In this document: piece after piece, positions 16,297-24,208 of the stretch
Position numbering within the stretch: the stretch's first letter is position 1
Layout of the letters: each line of letters opens with the position of its first letter
Source: Geobacter sulfurreducens PCA
GTDB lineage: Bacteria > Desulfobacterota > Desulfuromonadia > Geobacterales > Geobacteraceae
DNA: 32,000 nt
NCBI RefSeq assembly: GCF_000007985.2
Contig: NC_002939.5
Span: 1,320,001 to 1,352,000, forward strand
Direction: 5' to 3'
Notes under the pieces: generated by a model
What the model saw: only the letters and a program-made list of their open reading frames with translations
Told to the model about the DNA's origin: nothing
Database searches by the model: none
Position numbers and translations under genes: made by a program

Positions 16297-17178
16297 ATGA
16301 CCAGGAAACATGTTCTTATCGCCGGGGTAACCCTGGTTGCATTGATCATCCTCTTTACCTTTTCGGTGCAGATGGCGCGGATTCTCATGGGAGATATGAC
16401 GGCCGCAACCATCGGCGACGGGATTGGCTATGCGGAGGTGAAGGGGCCCATCATCGATTCCCAGGAAACCGTCAAACAGCTCGACGACCTTCGCAAGAAG
16501 AGCAGCGTCAAGGCAGTAGTGCTGAGGGTCGAGTCGCCGGGCGGGGTCATTGGCCCGTCCCAGGAGATATACGCCGCGGTCAAGCGGTTGGCCGCCACCA
16601 AGAAGGTTGTTGTTTCCATGGGGAGCGTGGCGGCCTCGGGCGGCTACCACGTCGCCGTGCCCGCTGCCGTGATCTATGCCAATCCGGGGACCATCACCGG
16701 CAGCATTGGCGTACTCATGAAGCTCTCGAATATCGAAGGGCTCATGGACAAGGTGGGCCTCAAGGCATTTACCCTCAAGAGCGGCAAGTTCAAGGATTCC
16801 GGCTCTCCCGTGCGGAAGCTCACCGAGGAGGAGCGGGCCGTTCTTCAGGGGGTCATCGACAACCTTCACGATCAGTTCGTACGTGCTGTGGCGGAGGGAA
16901 GACAGCTGCCGGTCGAGGAGGTGCGCCGGCTTGCCGACGGCAGGGTCTACACCGGTGAGCAGGCCCTTCGTCTCAAGCTCGTGGACCGGCTCGGCACGCT
17001 GCACGATGCCGTAATGGAGGCAGGGCGTCTGGCTGGAATCGAGGGAGAGCCGACCCTGATCATCCCCCCGAAAAAACGCAAGCTGCTGCGGGACATGCTC
17101 TTCGGCGAAGTGGCCGAGGCGGTACGCGGGTCGGTGCGCAAGGAGGAGGGACTCAGCTTCAGCTACGAACTGGAGTGA
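16297..17178 (+). CDS. sppA: Signal peptide peptidase SppA, 36K type
   Basis: N-terminal TM segment, then VVLRVESPGGV, SMGSVAASGGYHVA and ANPGTITGSIGV, as in the ClpP/crotonase-fold S49 peptidases. Confidence 0.9.
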   Translation: MTRKHVLIAGVTLVALIILFTFSVQMARILMGDMTAATIGDGIGYAEVKGPIIDSQETVKQLDDLRKKSSVKAVVLRVESPGGVIGPSQEIYAAVKRLAATKKVVVSMGSVAASGGYHVAVPAAVIYANPGTITGSIGVLMKLSNIEGLMDKVGLKAFTLKSGKFKDSGSPVRKLTEEERAVLQGVIDNLHDQFVRAVAEGRQLPVEEVRRLADGRVYTGEQALRLKLVDRLGTLHDAVMEAGRLAGIEGEPTLIIPPKKRKLLRDMLFGEVAEAVRGSVRKEEGLSFSYELE

Positions 17179-17199
17179 GTCGTCTCTCTCTGATTTCAT

Positions 17200-17237
17200 A
17201 AAAAAAGGGATGCCGCCATCGGGCGACGTCCCTTTTT
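17200..17237. terminator. Bidirectional rho-independent terminator between convergent sppA and the glutamate synthase operon
   Basis: AAAAAAA-GGGATGCCGCC...GGCGACGTCCC-TTTTT: about 10 of 11 bp pair, flanked by A and T runs. Confidence 0.8.
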
Positions 17238-17259
17238 CGTTTCCGGGTGAATTGCTGCG

Positions 17260-18006
17260 TCAGCGCGGCATGGGGCAGTAGAGGTTGCCGTAGGGGCGTC
17301 TGCTCTTGGGCAGGACTTTCACGAACTCTTCCGCCATCACTTCGCTGAAGTCGATGCCGAAGTCCGCACAGTAGTCCTTCAGGTAGCGCTCCAGTTCGGC
17401 ACGGTCGCCATCGGTCAGTTCAAAGACCCCGACCTCGCCGGAGAGCTTCGACTCGTCCACGCCGCCCCGCACGAAGATCGTTCCGCCGTGCATGCCGGTG
17501 CCGAACCGGAAGCCGTGTTTCGGCTTTTCCGGGTCATCCGTGAACATGCCGAGCAGTACCAGTACCCCGCCTGCCATGTACTCGCCGAAGAAGTCACCCG
17601 CCTTGCCACCGGCAATGAGCACGGGCTTGTTCTCGTTGTAGGATTTCATGTGGATGCCTACCCGGTAGCCCACGTCTTTGCGGATGTGGACCCGTCCGCC
17701 GCGCATGCCGTAGCCCAGGACGTCGCCCGCGTGGCCGTGCACGATGACTTTGCCCGCATTCATGGTGTTGCCGATGTTGTCCTGGCCGTTGTCGTTGACA
17801 ACCACGGTGGCGCCGTTCATGAACGCTGCCAGGTCGTTGCCGGGAACGCCGTTGATGATGATTTTTACCGGCTTGTTGATCCCGTCGCCGATGAAATACT
17901 GCCCGTTCACGTTGTCGAGCACGATCTCCGATGCTCCGGCCGCCACCGCCTCGCGTACTTTCTGGTTCAGATCCCGGTAGTAAAGACCCTGTGCGTTAAT
18001 GTTCAT
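17260..18006 (-). CDS. Glutamate synthase GXGXG-domain subunit (GltB C-terminal domain-like)
   Basis: Repetitive beta-helix motifs as in GltB domain 3 / FwdC: GDGINKPVKIIINGVPGNDLAAFMNGATVVVNDNGQDNIGNTMNAGKVIVHGHAGDVLGYGMRGGRVHI. Confidence 0.9.
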   Translation of the reverse strand: MNINAQGLYYRDLNQKVREAVAAGASEIVLDNVNGQYFIGDGINKPVKIIINGVPGNDLAAFMNGATVVVNDNGQDNIGNTMNAGKVIVHGHAGDVLGYGMRGGRVHIRKDVGYRVGIHMKSYNENKPVLIAGGKAGDFFGEYMAGGVLVLLGMFTDDPEKPKHGFRFGTGMHGGTIFVRGGVDESKLSGEVGVFELTDGDRAELERYLKDYCADFGIDFSEVMAEEFVKVLPKSRRPYGNLYCPMPR

Positions 18007-18071
18007 AATACAAACCTCTCCTGAAGGGGCAGGCTCGGAGCAATGGATATCCGGTTCCTGGTCCCGATGGT

Positions 18072-19196
18072 TTAGATGACGCCCGGCTGCATCTTGACGA
18101 TCACCGGTTCACCGCCGCGGGGTGACCATACCTTGTCTGGTGCCGGGCAGATCTCACGGATTGCAGCCTCTTCGGATGCCATGTACACGAAGTCGTCCTT
18201 GGTGGCGCAGACCAGCGGCCGCAGCTTGACCCGGTCATTGAGGCCGATGAGCCCTTCGTTGCTGGCGAAGAGGATGGCAAAGGGGCCATTGAGAAGCGCG
18301 CTGCCGTAAACCTGGCGGATGGCGGTGAGAAGCTGGCGCTCGTCGTCGGGAAGCCCGTCGATCATGTCCCAGAAGGGGGCGGCCATGGCAAGGCTTGCAA
18401 GTTCGGGTGTCAGGCCGTGCTTGCGGATCAGAAGGTCGAGGGTGTAGGCGACGACCTCGGTGTCGGTCAGCATGGTGCAGACGTATCCATACATCTCCAG
18501 GTAGCGCTTGTTGATGCCGTAGGACGAGATTTCGCCGTTATGGACGATGGACCAGTCGAGCAGCGTGAAGGGGTGGGCGCCGCCCCACCAGCCCGGGGTG
18601 TTGGTCGGGAACCGGTTATGGGCGGTCCATATATACCCCGTGTACTCTTCGAGGCGGAAGAAGTCGGCGATCTCTTCGGGGTAGCCGACGCCCTTGAATG
18701 CCCCCATGTTCTTGCCCGAGGAAACCACAAAGGCGCCTTCGATTTCGTTGTTGATCGCCATTACGTGGCGCACGACCACGTCTTCGTCGGTCATGTTCTG
18801 GTAGTCGATGGCCTCGCGGTATTCAGGCGTCTCCAAGGGCTTCACGAAGTAGCGCTTGAACAGGGGAGGATGGACTATGGCCGGGGTGCGGCGGGTGGGA
18901 ATCTCCTCGTAGTGCTCCACAAAGAAGTGGCGCTCCAGGTATTCCTCGGTCAGCTGCAAGGCCATGCCGTTCTCGTACATGAGATGGAAGGCGAAGAACT
19001 CCTTGAAGTCCGGGTAGATGCCGTAGGCGGCGAATCCCCCGCCGAGGCCGTTGCCCCGGTCGTGCATCAGGGAGATCGACTTGATGATCACGCTTCCCTC
19101 CACGAGGTTTCCCGCCGTGGATATGAAGCCGGTCAGGCCGCAGTTGGAGATGTCCTTCTGGAAGTTATGCGTCGGTTTCCGCGTTGTCTGTATCAT
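18072..19196 (-). CDS. Class II (Ntn) glutamine amidotransferase subunit of split glutamate synthase
   Basis: Contains CGLTGF, then HDRGNGLGGGFA, HNRFPTNT and HNGEISSY, as in the GltB amidotransferase domain. The catalytic Cys is at residue 19, implying a propeptide or a later start. Confidence 0.9.
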   Translation of the reverse strand: MIQTTRKPTHNFQKDISNCGLTGFISTAGNLVEGSVIIKSISLMHDRGNGLGGGFAAYGIYPDFKEFFAFHLMYENGMALQLTEEYLERHFFVEHYEEIPTRRTPAIVHPPLFKRYFVKPLETPEYREAIDYQNMTDEDVVVRHVMAINNEIEGAFVVSSGKNMGAFKGVGYPEEIADFFRLEEYTGYIWTAHNRFPTNTPGWWGGAHPFTLLDWSIVHNGEISSYGINKRYLEMYGYVCTMLTDTEVVAYTLDLLIRKHGLTPELASLAMAAPFWDMIDGLPDDERQLLTAIRQVYGSALLNGPFAILFASNEGLIGLNDRVKLRPLVCATKDDFVYMASEEAAIREICPAPDKVWSPRGGEPVIVKMQPGVI

Positions 19197-19243
19197 TGTT
19201 CGAACCTCGGTCTGGTCGTCGAATCGTGTGAGCTGCCGGTCCT

Positions 19244-20554
19244 TCAGTGCCCCACCGCCACGGCCGGTCTGCCGGTTTCCGTCACCTTGCCGGCCGGTGC
19301 GAAAAGGGCGGTCCGGATATCCTTCGGCAGGTTGGCAAAGCCGAAGTCAGGCGCGAGCAACTGGTCCTTGAAGGGGACAACGGCGATCTTCTCCCGGATG
19401 AGTCCCGAGAAAATTCCGGCCCGGTCCACTGCACCCACGAGGACCGCACCCGCCAGCAGCCCGTCCTTGATGACGATCTTGCGGTACTGGTAGTTTTCCA
19501 GGTCCTGGTAGGTGAGGATTTCGTACTCTTTGGGTTCCGCCGGATTGGTGATCCCCATGGAAATGGTCGATACCTTGAAGAGCTCGATGGAGTTCATGGC
19601 CAGGCCCCCTTCGTAGGCCTTGGTGCCGCCGGCCATGCTCACCCCGGCGATGTCGCCCTGGATGTACGCATCGGGCCAGATGGGCATGGGGTTCTTGACG
19701 CCGGAGAAGAAGTCCTTGGCTTCAGCCACGTCGCCCGCGGCATAAATGCCTTCGACCGAAGTCTCCATCCGGTCGTCGACCACGATGCCGCGGTTCACCT
19801 CAACCCCGCTTCCCTTGAGGAAGCCGCAGGCGGGGCGCACCCCGATGGCCACGATAATCGTATCGCAGGGGATAAAATCGCCGGAGCGGAGCGTTACGCC
19901 GGTAATCTCGGCCCCTTCCCCCTCGATCCGGACGACCGTATCTTCAGTGATGACGTCGATGCCGTTGGCCTTCATCTTCTTGGCTACCACGCGCCCGGCA
20001 GGGCGGTCGAAGGCGGCGGAGAGAATCCGGTCGGCCAGTTCCACGATGGTAATCTGCTTGCCGATCAGGTGGAGCCCTTCGGCGGCCTTGAGGCCGATGA
20101 GGCCGCCTCCGATAACCACCACACGGCCGATGTCGGACGCTATTCCCTTGAGCTTGGCCGCGTCGTCCCAGGTGGTGAAGGTGAAGATCCGGTCCTTGTC
20201 GGCCATTCCCTCGATGGGGGGGATGAAGGGGTCGCCGCCGGTGGCGACCAGGAGCCGGTCATAGCCGATGGTGTCCCCGCCGGCGATCCGCACTTGGCGG
20301 GCGGCGGTGTCGATACCCGTCACTTCCGAGTTGAGCAGCAGGTTGACGCGGTTCTTTTCGTAAAAGTCCTCGGGGAGGTACGCCATCCGCTTTTCCGAGA
20401 CAAGCCCTCCCAGGAGGTAGGAGATGAGTGGGCGGCCATAGGCGTTGTGGCGCTCGCGGGAGATGACGGTTATATTCCCCTGTTGGTCGATGCTCCTGAT
20501 GCCCCGGATGGCTCCTACGGCAGCCACCGAGTTGCCGATGATCACGTAGTTCAT
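19244..20554 (-). CDS. FAD/NAD(P)-dependent pyridine nucleotide-disulfide oxidoreductase (electron-input subunit of the glutamate synthase cluster)
   Basis: I chose the internal start MNYVIIGNSVAAVGA (GxGxxA dinucleotide fold). It follows AGGAGGGGAG and overlaps the upstream stop as ATGA. A second fold is VVVIGGGLIGLKAAE. The 85-aa N-terminal extension in the ORF track overlaps the ferredoxin gene. Confidence 0.9.
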   Translation of the reverse strand: MNYVIIGNSVAAVGAIRGIRSIDQQGNITVISRERHNAYGRPLISYLLGGLVSEKRMAYLPEDFYEKNRVNLLLNSEVTGIDTAARQVRIAGGDTIGYDRLLVATGGDPFIPPIEGMADKDRIFTFTTWDDAAKLKGIASDIGRVVVIGGGLIGLKAAEGLHLIGKQITIVELADRILSAAFDRPAGRVVAKKMKANGIDVITEDTVVRIEGEGAEITGVTLRSGDFIPCDTIIVAIGVRPACGFLKGSGVEVNRGIVVDDRMETSVEGIYAAGDVAEAKDFFSGVKNPMPIWPDAYIQGDIAGVSMAGGTKAYEGGLAMNSIELFKVSTISMGITNPAEPKEYEILTYQDLENYQYRKIVIKDGLLAGAVLVGAVDRAGIFSGLIREKIAVVPFKDQLLAPDFGFANLPKDIRTALFAPAGKVTETGRPAVAVGH

Positions 20555-21000
20555 TTCTGGCTCCCCTCCTTGTAGACAAGCGCCCGATTGGGGCAGGCGT
20601 CGACGCAGGCCGGAGACATGCGGTCCGGGCAGAGGTCGCACTTGTTCGCCTTCTTTTTCTTCAGGTTCCGCTGGATGGCACCGTAGGGGCAGGCCATGAC
20701 GCAGGACCAGCAGCCCACGCACTGCTCGGTGTCGATCCGGACCACGCCCTGGTCGTTCTTCTGGATGGCACCGGAGATGCAGGCCCGCAGACAGTCGGGC
20801 TCGTCGCAATGGCGGCAGGTGGTGGAGAAGGAGACGATGCCGCCGTCGATCTCCTCCACGGTGCAGCGGGCAATGGGGCGTTCGGGCTCGTGCAGGTAGG
20901 CTCGCACGGGATCCTTGGATGCCGAATGTTCGGTGATGCAGCCGACCTCACACAGGTGACAGCCGATGCAGGCGTCTTCAATCATGTAGATACGTTTCAT
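20551..21000 (-). CDS. 4Fe-4S ferredoxin-domain protein
   Basis: Cys clusters CIGCHLCEVGC, CRHCDEPDC, CVGCWSCVMACP and CDLCPDRMSPACVDACP. Confidence 0.9.
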   Translation of the reverse strand: MKRIYMIEDACIGCHLCEVGCITEHSASKDPVRAYLHEPERPIARCTVEEIDGGIVSFSTTCRHCDEPDCLRACISGAIQKNDQGVVRIDTEQCVGCWSCVMACPYGAIQRNLKKKKANKCDLCPDRMSPACVDACPNRALVYKEGSQK

Positions 21001-21004
21001 GGGG

Positions 21005-22534
21005 CTATTCTCCAGCCGGCATGACGCCGAGAATGTTCATGTCTTTTTCGCCCAGGCCCACGGCCCGCAGCTTGTAGCGGTTGCCACGGAGGGATTCCAG
21101 GGCGTTGAGGCCCATGCCGCCGAGGATTTCCTTCATTTCGTGGCCCCAGGCGTGGACCAGGTTCACCAGCCGCTCGGCCCCCAGCTCGGGATTGAGCCGC
21201 TTGGCCAGGTAGGGGTTGTTGGTTGTGATGCCCCAGGGGCATTTGCCGGTGTAACAGCGCTGGCACAGGGTGCAGCCCAGGGCCAGCAGGGTCGAGGTGC
21301 CCAGGTTGATGGCATCGGCGCCGAGAGCGATGGCCTTGATGGCGTCGCCGGAGGAACGGACGCCGCCCCCCACCACGATGGCAACCTGGTTGCGGATCCC
21401 TTCGTCGCGCAGCCGGGCGTCCACCGATGCCAGGGCTAGTTCCATGGGAAGTCCCACGTTGTCGCGGATGACCTGGGGAGCCGCGCCGGTCCCCCCCCTG
21501 AAGCCGTCAATGGTGATGATGTCGGCCCCGGCCCGGGCAACGCCGGAGGCAATGGCCGCCACGTGGTGGACCGCCGCAATCTTGACCGACACCGGTTTCT
21601 CGTAGTTGGTCGCCTCCTTGAGGGCGAAGATGAGCTGGCGGAGATCCTCAATGGAGTAGATGTCGTGGTGGGGCGCCGGCGAGATGGCGTCGGAACCCAC
21701 CGGGATCATCCGGGTCTCGGAAATCTGGTCGTTGACCTTCTCCCCGGGCAAATGGCCGCCGATGCCCGGCTTGGCGCCTTGGCCAACCTTGATCTCGATG
21801 GCGACGCCGGCGTTGAGATACTGCTCGCTTACGCCGAAGCGGCCCGAGGCCACCTGGACCATGACATTGGCGCCGTACCGGTAGAGGTCTTTGTGAAGCC
21901 CCCCCTCGCCGGTGTTGTAGAGGGTGCCCAACTCGCTGGCAGCCATGGCCATGGCCCTGTGGGCGTTAAGATTCAAGGCGCCGTAGCTCATGGCCGAGAA
22001 GATGAAGGGGTATTCCATCCTAATCTGTGGCGTCAGCTTCGTGGCGAGCTTCGGCTTGCCGGTTTGCTCATCGCGGACGATCTCAATGGAGTGGGGCTTC
22101 TTGCCCAGGTAGGTCCGCAGTTCCATGGGTTCCCTGAGAGGGTCGATGGACGGGTTGGTGACCTGGGAGGCGTCCAGCAGCAGGTGGTCCCAGTAAATGG
22201 GGTACTTGGCGGGGTTGCCCATGGCGGCCAGGAGAATGCCGCCGGTGTCGGCCTGAGCGTAAAGGTTGCGGATGTGGCCGTTGGACCAGGACTCGTTCCG
22301 CTTGAAGACCTCTTCATTGGAGCGGATCGTGATGGCACCAGTGGGACAGAGGGCCGAACAGCGGCGGCACCCGATGCAGAGTGTGTGATCCTCGGTGAGG
22401 GTGTCGATGGCCTCGGCGTAAGAATGGACCTCGTAGGCGCACTGGCGGATACAGACCTTGCAGCGGATGCATTTTGCGTCGCTGCGGTCGACAATGAACT
22501 CGTTGAACGACTCGGTTACGGATTTATAGAGCAC
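21005..22534 (-). CDS. Glutamate synthase FMN-binding subunit (GltB domain 2-like) with N-terminal 2x[4Fe-4S] ferredoxin domain
   Basis: Contains CIRCKVCIRQCA and CIGCRRCSALCP, then a TIM-barrel region (IEIKVGQGAKPGIGGHLPGEKV, DIITIDGFRGGTGAAP, VVGGGVRSSGD). I preferred the GTG start at 22534, 7 nt after AGGAGG, over the listed GTG at 22579, which would leave almost no leader after the sigma54 promoter. Confidence 0.9.
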   Translation of the reverse strand: MLYKSVTESFNEFIVDRSDAKCIRCKVCIRQCAYEVHSYAEAIDTLTEDHTLCIGCRRCSALCPTGAITIRSNEEVFKRNESWSNGHIRNLYAQADTGGILLAAMGNPAKYPIYWDHLLLDASQVTNPSIDPLREPMELRTYLGKKPHSIEIVRDEQTGKPKLATKLTPQIRMEYPFIFSAMSYGALNLNAHRAMAMAASELGTLYNTGEGGLHKDLYRYGANVMVQVASGRFGVSEQYLNAGVAIEIKVGQGAKPGIGGHLPGEKVNDQISETRMIPVGSDAISPAPHHDIYSIEDLRQLIFALKEATNYEKPVSVKIAAVHHVAAIASGVARAGADIITIDGFRGGTGAAPQVIRDNVGLPMELALASVDARLRDEGIRNQVAIVVGGGVRSSGDAIKAIALGADAINLGTSTLLALGCTLCQRCYTGKCPWGITTNNPYLAKRLNPELGAERLVNLVHAWGHEMKEILGGMGLNALESLRGNRYKLRAVGLGEKDMNILGVMPAGE

Positions 22535-22602
22535 CTTGGGACCTCCTGGCTTCGGGTCGCGTACGTTGTCAGAGTACACACGTTGATGGTGTTCTGGTCT
22601 TT

Positions 22603-22618
22603 AGCAAAGGCTGTGCCT
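22603..22618 (-). promoter_or_regulatory. Sigma54 (-24/-12) promoter for the glutamate synthase operon
   Basis: The minus strand reads AGGCAC-AGCCT-TTGCT with GG-N10-GC spacing. It lies about 70-85 nt upstream of the preferred GTG start. Confidence 0.6.
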
Positions 22619-22620
22619 GT

Positions 22621-22800
22621 TTTTGGTGCGAGGGGGGGTGCGAGGGGGGTGTGTTGTTATGTTGTTGATTTAATTGCGGATAATATGGGGTTGGTCAGCC
22701 GTCTGGGGTGGGCTGTTGTGTGGATGATTGGACGATGTTCAGGAAGTGTGGTGTGGCGGTGTAGTAAAGGTAAGCTGGTGAGTTGGTGGTGTACTTAGCG
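22621..22800 (-). other. Strongly strand-asymmetric spacer (C-rich and G-poor on the transcribed minus strand); candidate Rho-utilisation region or enhancer region
   Basis: My hand count on the + strand gives about 82 G and about 15 C in 180 nt. It contains the tandem repeat TGCGAGGGGGGG/TGCGAGGGGGG (22627-22649). It lies between the PilZ gene stop and the sigma54 promoter. Confidence 0.5.
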
Positions 22801-22842
22801 TGTGCCGGCATTGTCGTGACTCATGCCGGTCCGGATGAAGCG

Positions 22843-23841
22843 CTATCGCCAGGGGACAATGTGGCGGTATTTTTTGATTTCCCGCTCGTATGTCTGCTCA
22901 ATCTCGCCTTTTTTGCCGTTGATGCGCGAGATGATCAGGACAACCACGGCAACGATGATGAGCGTGACGACGATGATGCCCACGATGATACGGCGGAGGC
23001 GTCTGTGGCGTGAGTATTCGGCGTACTCCAGTTCGGTAACGCTCACGTTCCCTCCGCGCATGATGCGCAGATGCTCCAGCTGGGCGGCCGAAACGAATCC
23101 CACCACCATGTCCCGGTCCCGTTCATCGATGCAGAGAAAGCGGAGCGCCGTGCTGAACAGGGGGGGCTCCCCCGCCTTGTGCCGCAGCGCAGCCACATGG
23201 ACCACCTGGCAGACGACCGGCACTACGCGGAGTTTGTCCTGGGAGAGGAACAACTCCATATCCACCAGCGTATCCACGGAGAGTTCCTCGGTGATCCTGA
23301 TCCTGATGCCTGATCCGCTGATGTTTGCCGCCAGGGGCGGCGGTTGAGACAATTCTTCCTCCCGTGGCGGTTCCTGGGGAGGGGTAGTGAGAGATGCGCC
23401 CTGTGCTTCCACCGTTGTTGGGGGGGGGTAGCGGCGAGCCCGCCATCGCTGTCGGATTTCATGGTCGGAGAGACCGCGGGGGACGGAGTAGCGGAGCGGA
23501 ATATAGGCATCGATGCGATAGTATTCCCGCAATTCGTCGGGAATGACTTCGCCGATTAGCCGTACGGTCAGCCGGGCATCGCCGTGCTCTTCGACGATGA
23601 TGGCGCGGCAGCAATAGCCGTAGCCTCCCTTGCCGAGCCTGAGATCGAGGATGGTGCCGGTGCGGGCACTTACGTTCTCGGGCAGGCTGTCCCGGGAGAG
23701 CTGCAGTACCAGCAAGTCCCCATCAAAAAGGGTTACGACGCCCCATTCCCTGAACGAGACGTTCTGGGCGCGAGGAAAACGTACTTCGATCCGCTGGTCG
23801 AGGTCGAAGTATTTATAGTAGTTGAATAGTTCGTCGCTCAT
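22843..23841 (-). CDS. PilZ-domain protein with a C-terminal transmembrane anchor
   Basis: Start MSDELFNYYKY overlaps the upstream stop as ATGA. RxxxR candidates are LREYYRID and RQRWRARR. NISGSG matches the (D/N)xSxxG c-di-GMP motif. A Pro-rich insert lies between them. The C-terminal TM is RRIIVGIIVVTLIIVAVVVLIISRI. Confidence 0.75.
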   Translation of the reverse strand: MSDELFNYYKYFDLDQRIEVRFPRAQNVSFREWGVVTLFDGDLLVLQLSRDSLPENVSARTGTILDLRLGKGGYGYCCRAIIVEEHGDARLTVRLIGEVIPDELREYYRIDAYIPLRYSVPRGLSDHEIRQRWRARRYPPPTTVEAQGASLTTPPQEPPREEELSQPPPLAANISGSGIRIRITEELSVDTLVDMELFLSQDKLRVVPVVCQVVHVAALRHKAGEPPLFSTALRFLCIDERDRDMVVGFVSAAQLEHLRIMRGGNVSVTELEYAEYSRHRRLRRIIVGIIVVTLIIVAVVVLIISRINGKKGEIEQTYEREIKKYRHIVPWR

Positions 23842-24041
23842 TCCGTGCCGGAGCCGATGTGCTCGTTCAACTCGCTGAGCAGCTGCTCGATATTGACCTT
23901 GTGGACCCCCGCTCCATGCTCCAGTTCCTCGTAGTCTGCAATCTGGCATTCATTGCAGTCGAGTCCATACTTGACGAACACCGTAAGCGTCCGGGGATGT
24001 TTCCTGATGATGTCCCCAATGATCATGTCTTTGGTAATCAT
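23838..24041 (-). CDS. DUF1858-like small protein (hybrid-cluster-protein-associated redox disulfide domain type)
   Basis: MITKDMIIGDIIRKHPRTLTVFVKYGLDCNECQIADYEELEHGAGVHKVNIEQLLSELN matches the DUF1858 pattern as I recall it (ITKDM.IGE....P....VF...G..C..C......S.EEA...HG.D...LL..LN). ATG at 24041 or GTG at 24044, after AAGGGAGG. Confidence 0.7.
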   Translation of the reverse strand: MITKDMIIGDIIRKHPRTLTVFVKYGLDCNECQIADYEELEHGAGVHKVNIEQLLSELNEHIGSGTE

Positions 24042-24123
24042 CACGCCTCCCTTGTCACCTGTCCTCCCGGTACTCATCGGCACCGGGGGGGAATCTCTTT
24101 AGCCCGCTTCACGTTCGTACAAT

Positions 24124-24162
24124 AAAAAAGGCGAGGATGGAGCTGTCATCCTCGCCTTTTTT
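24124..24162. terminator. Rho-independent terminator after the aminotransferase gene
   Basis: AAAAAA-GGCGAGGATG-gagctgt-CATCCTCGCC-TTTTTT: a perfect 10-bp stem. Confidence 0.85.
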
Positions 24163-24208
24163 CCAACAATAGCAGGGTTGCGCTCCGACGCAACACCGGT
24201 GTGAATCC

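Noticed and set aside
16192-17199. 335-aa minus-strand ORF
   Set aside because: Antisense to sppA, which has clear S49 peptidase motifs.
18417-20575. 358-aa and 442-aa plus-strand ORFs (18417-19493 and 19247-20575)
   Set aside because: They are antisense to the amidotransferase and flavoprotein genes. Their G/D/V/A/H-rich composition is characteristic of reverse frames.
20555-20809. 85-aa N-terminal extension of the flavoprotein ORF in the track
   Set aside because: It overlaps the ferredoxin gene in another frame. The internal ATG at 20554 has AGGAGGGGAG upstream and begins directly with the GxGxxA dinucleotide-binding fold.
21563-22798. 411-aa plus-strand ORF running into the GT-rich spacer
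   Set aside because: It is antisense to the FMN subunit gene. Its extension through 22621-22798 is an artefact of the C-poor composition, which leaves few stop codons and gives a G/V/W-rich translation.
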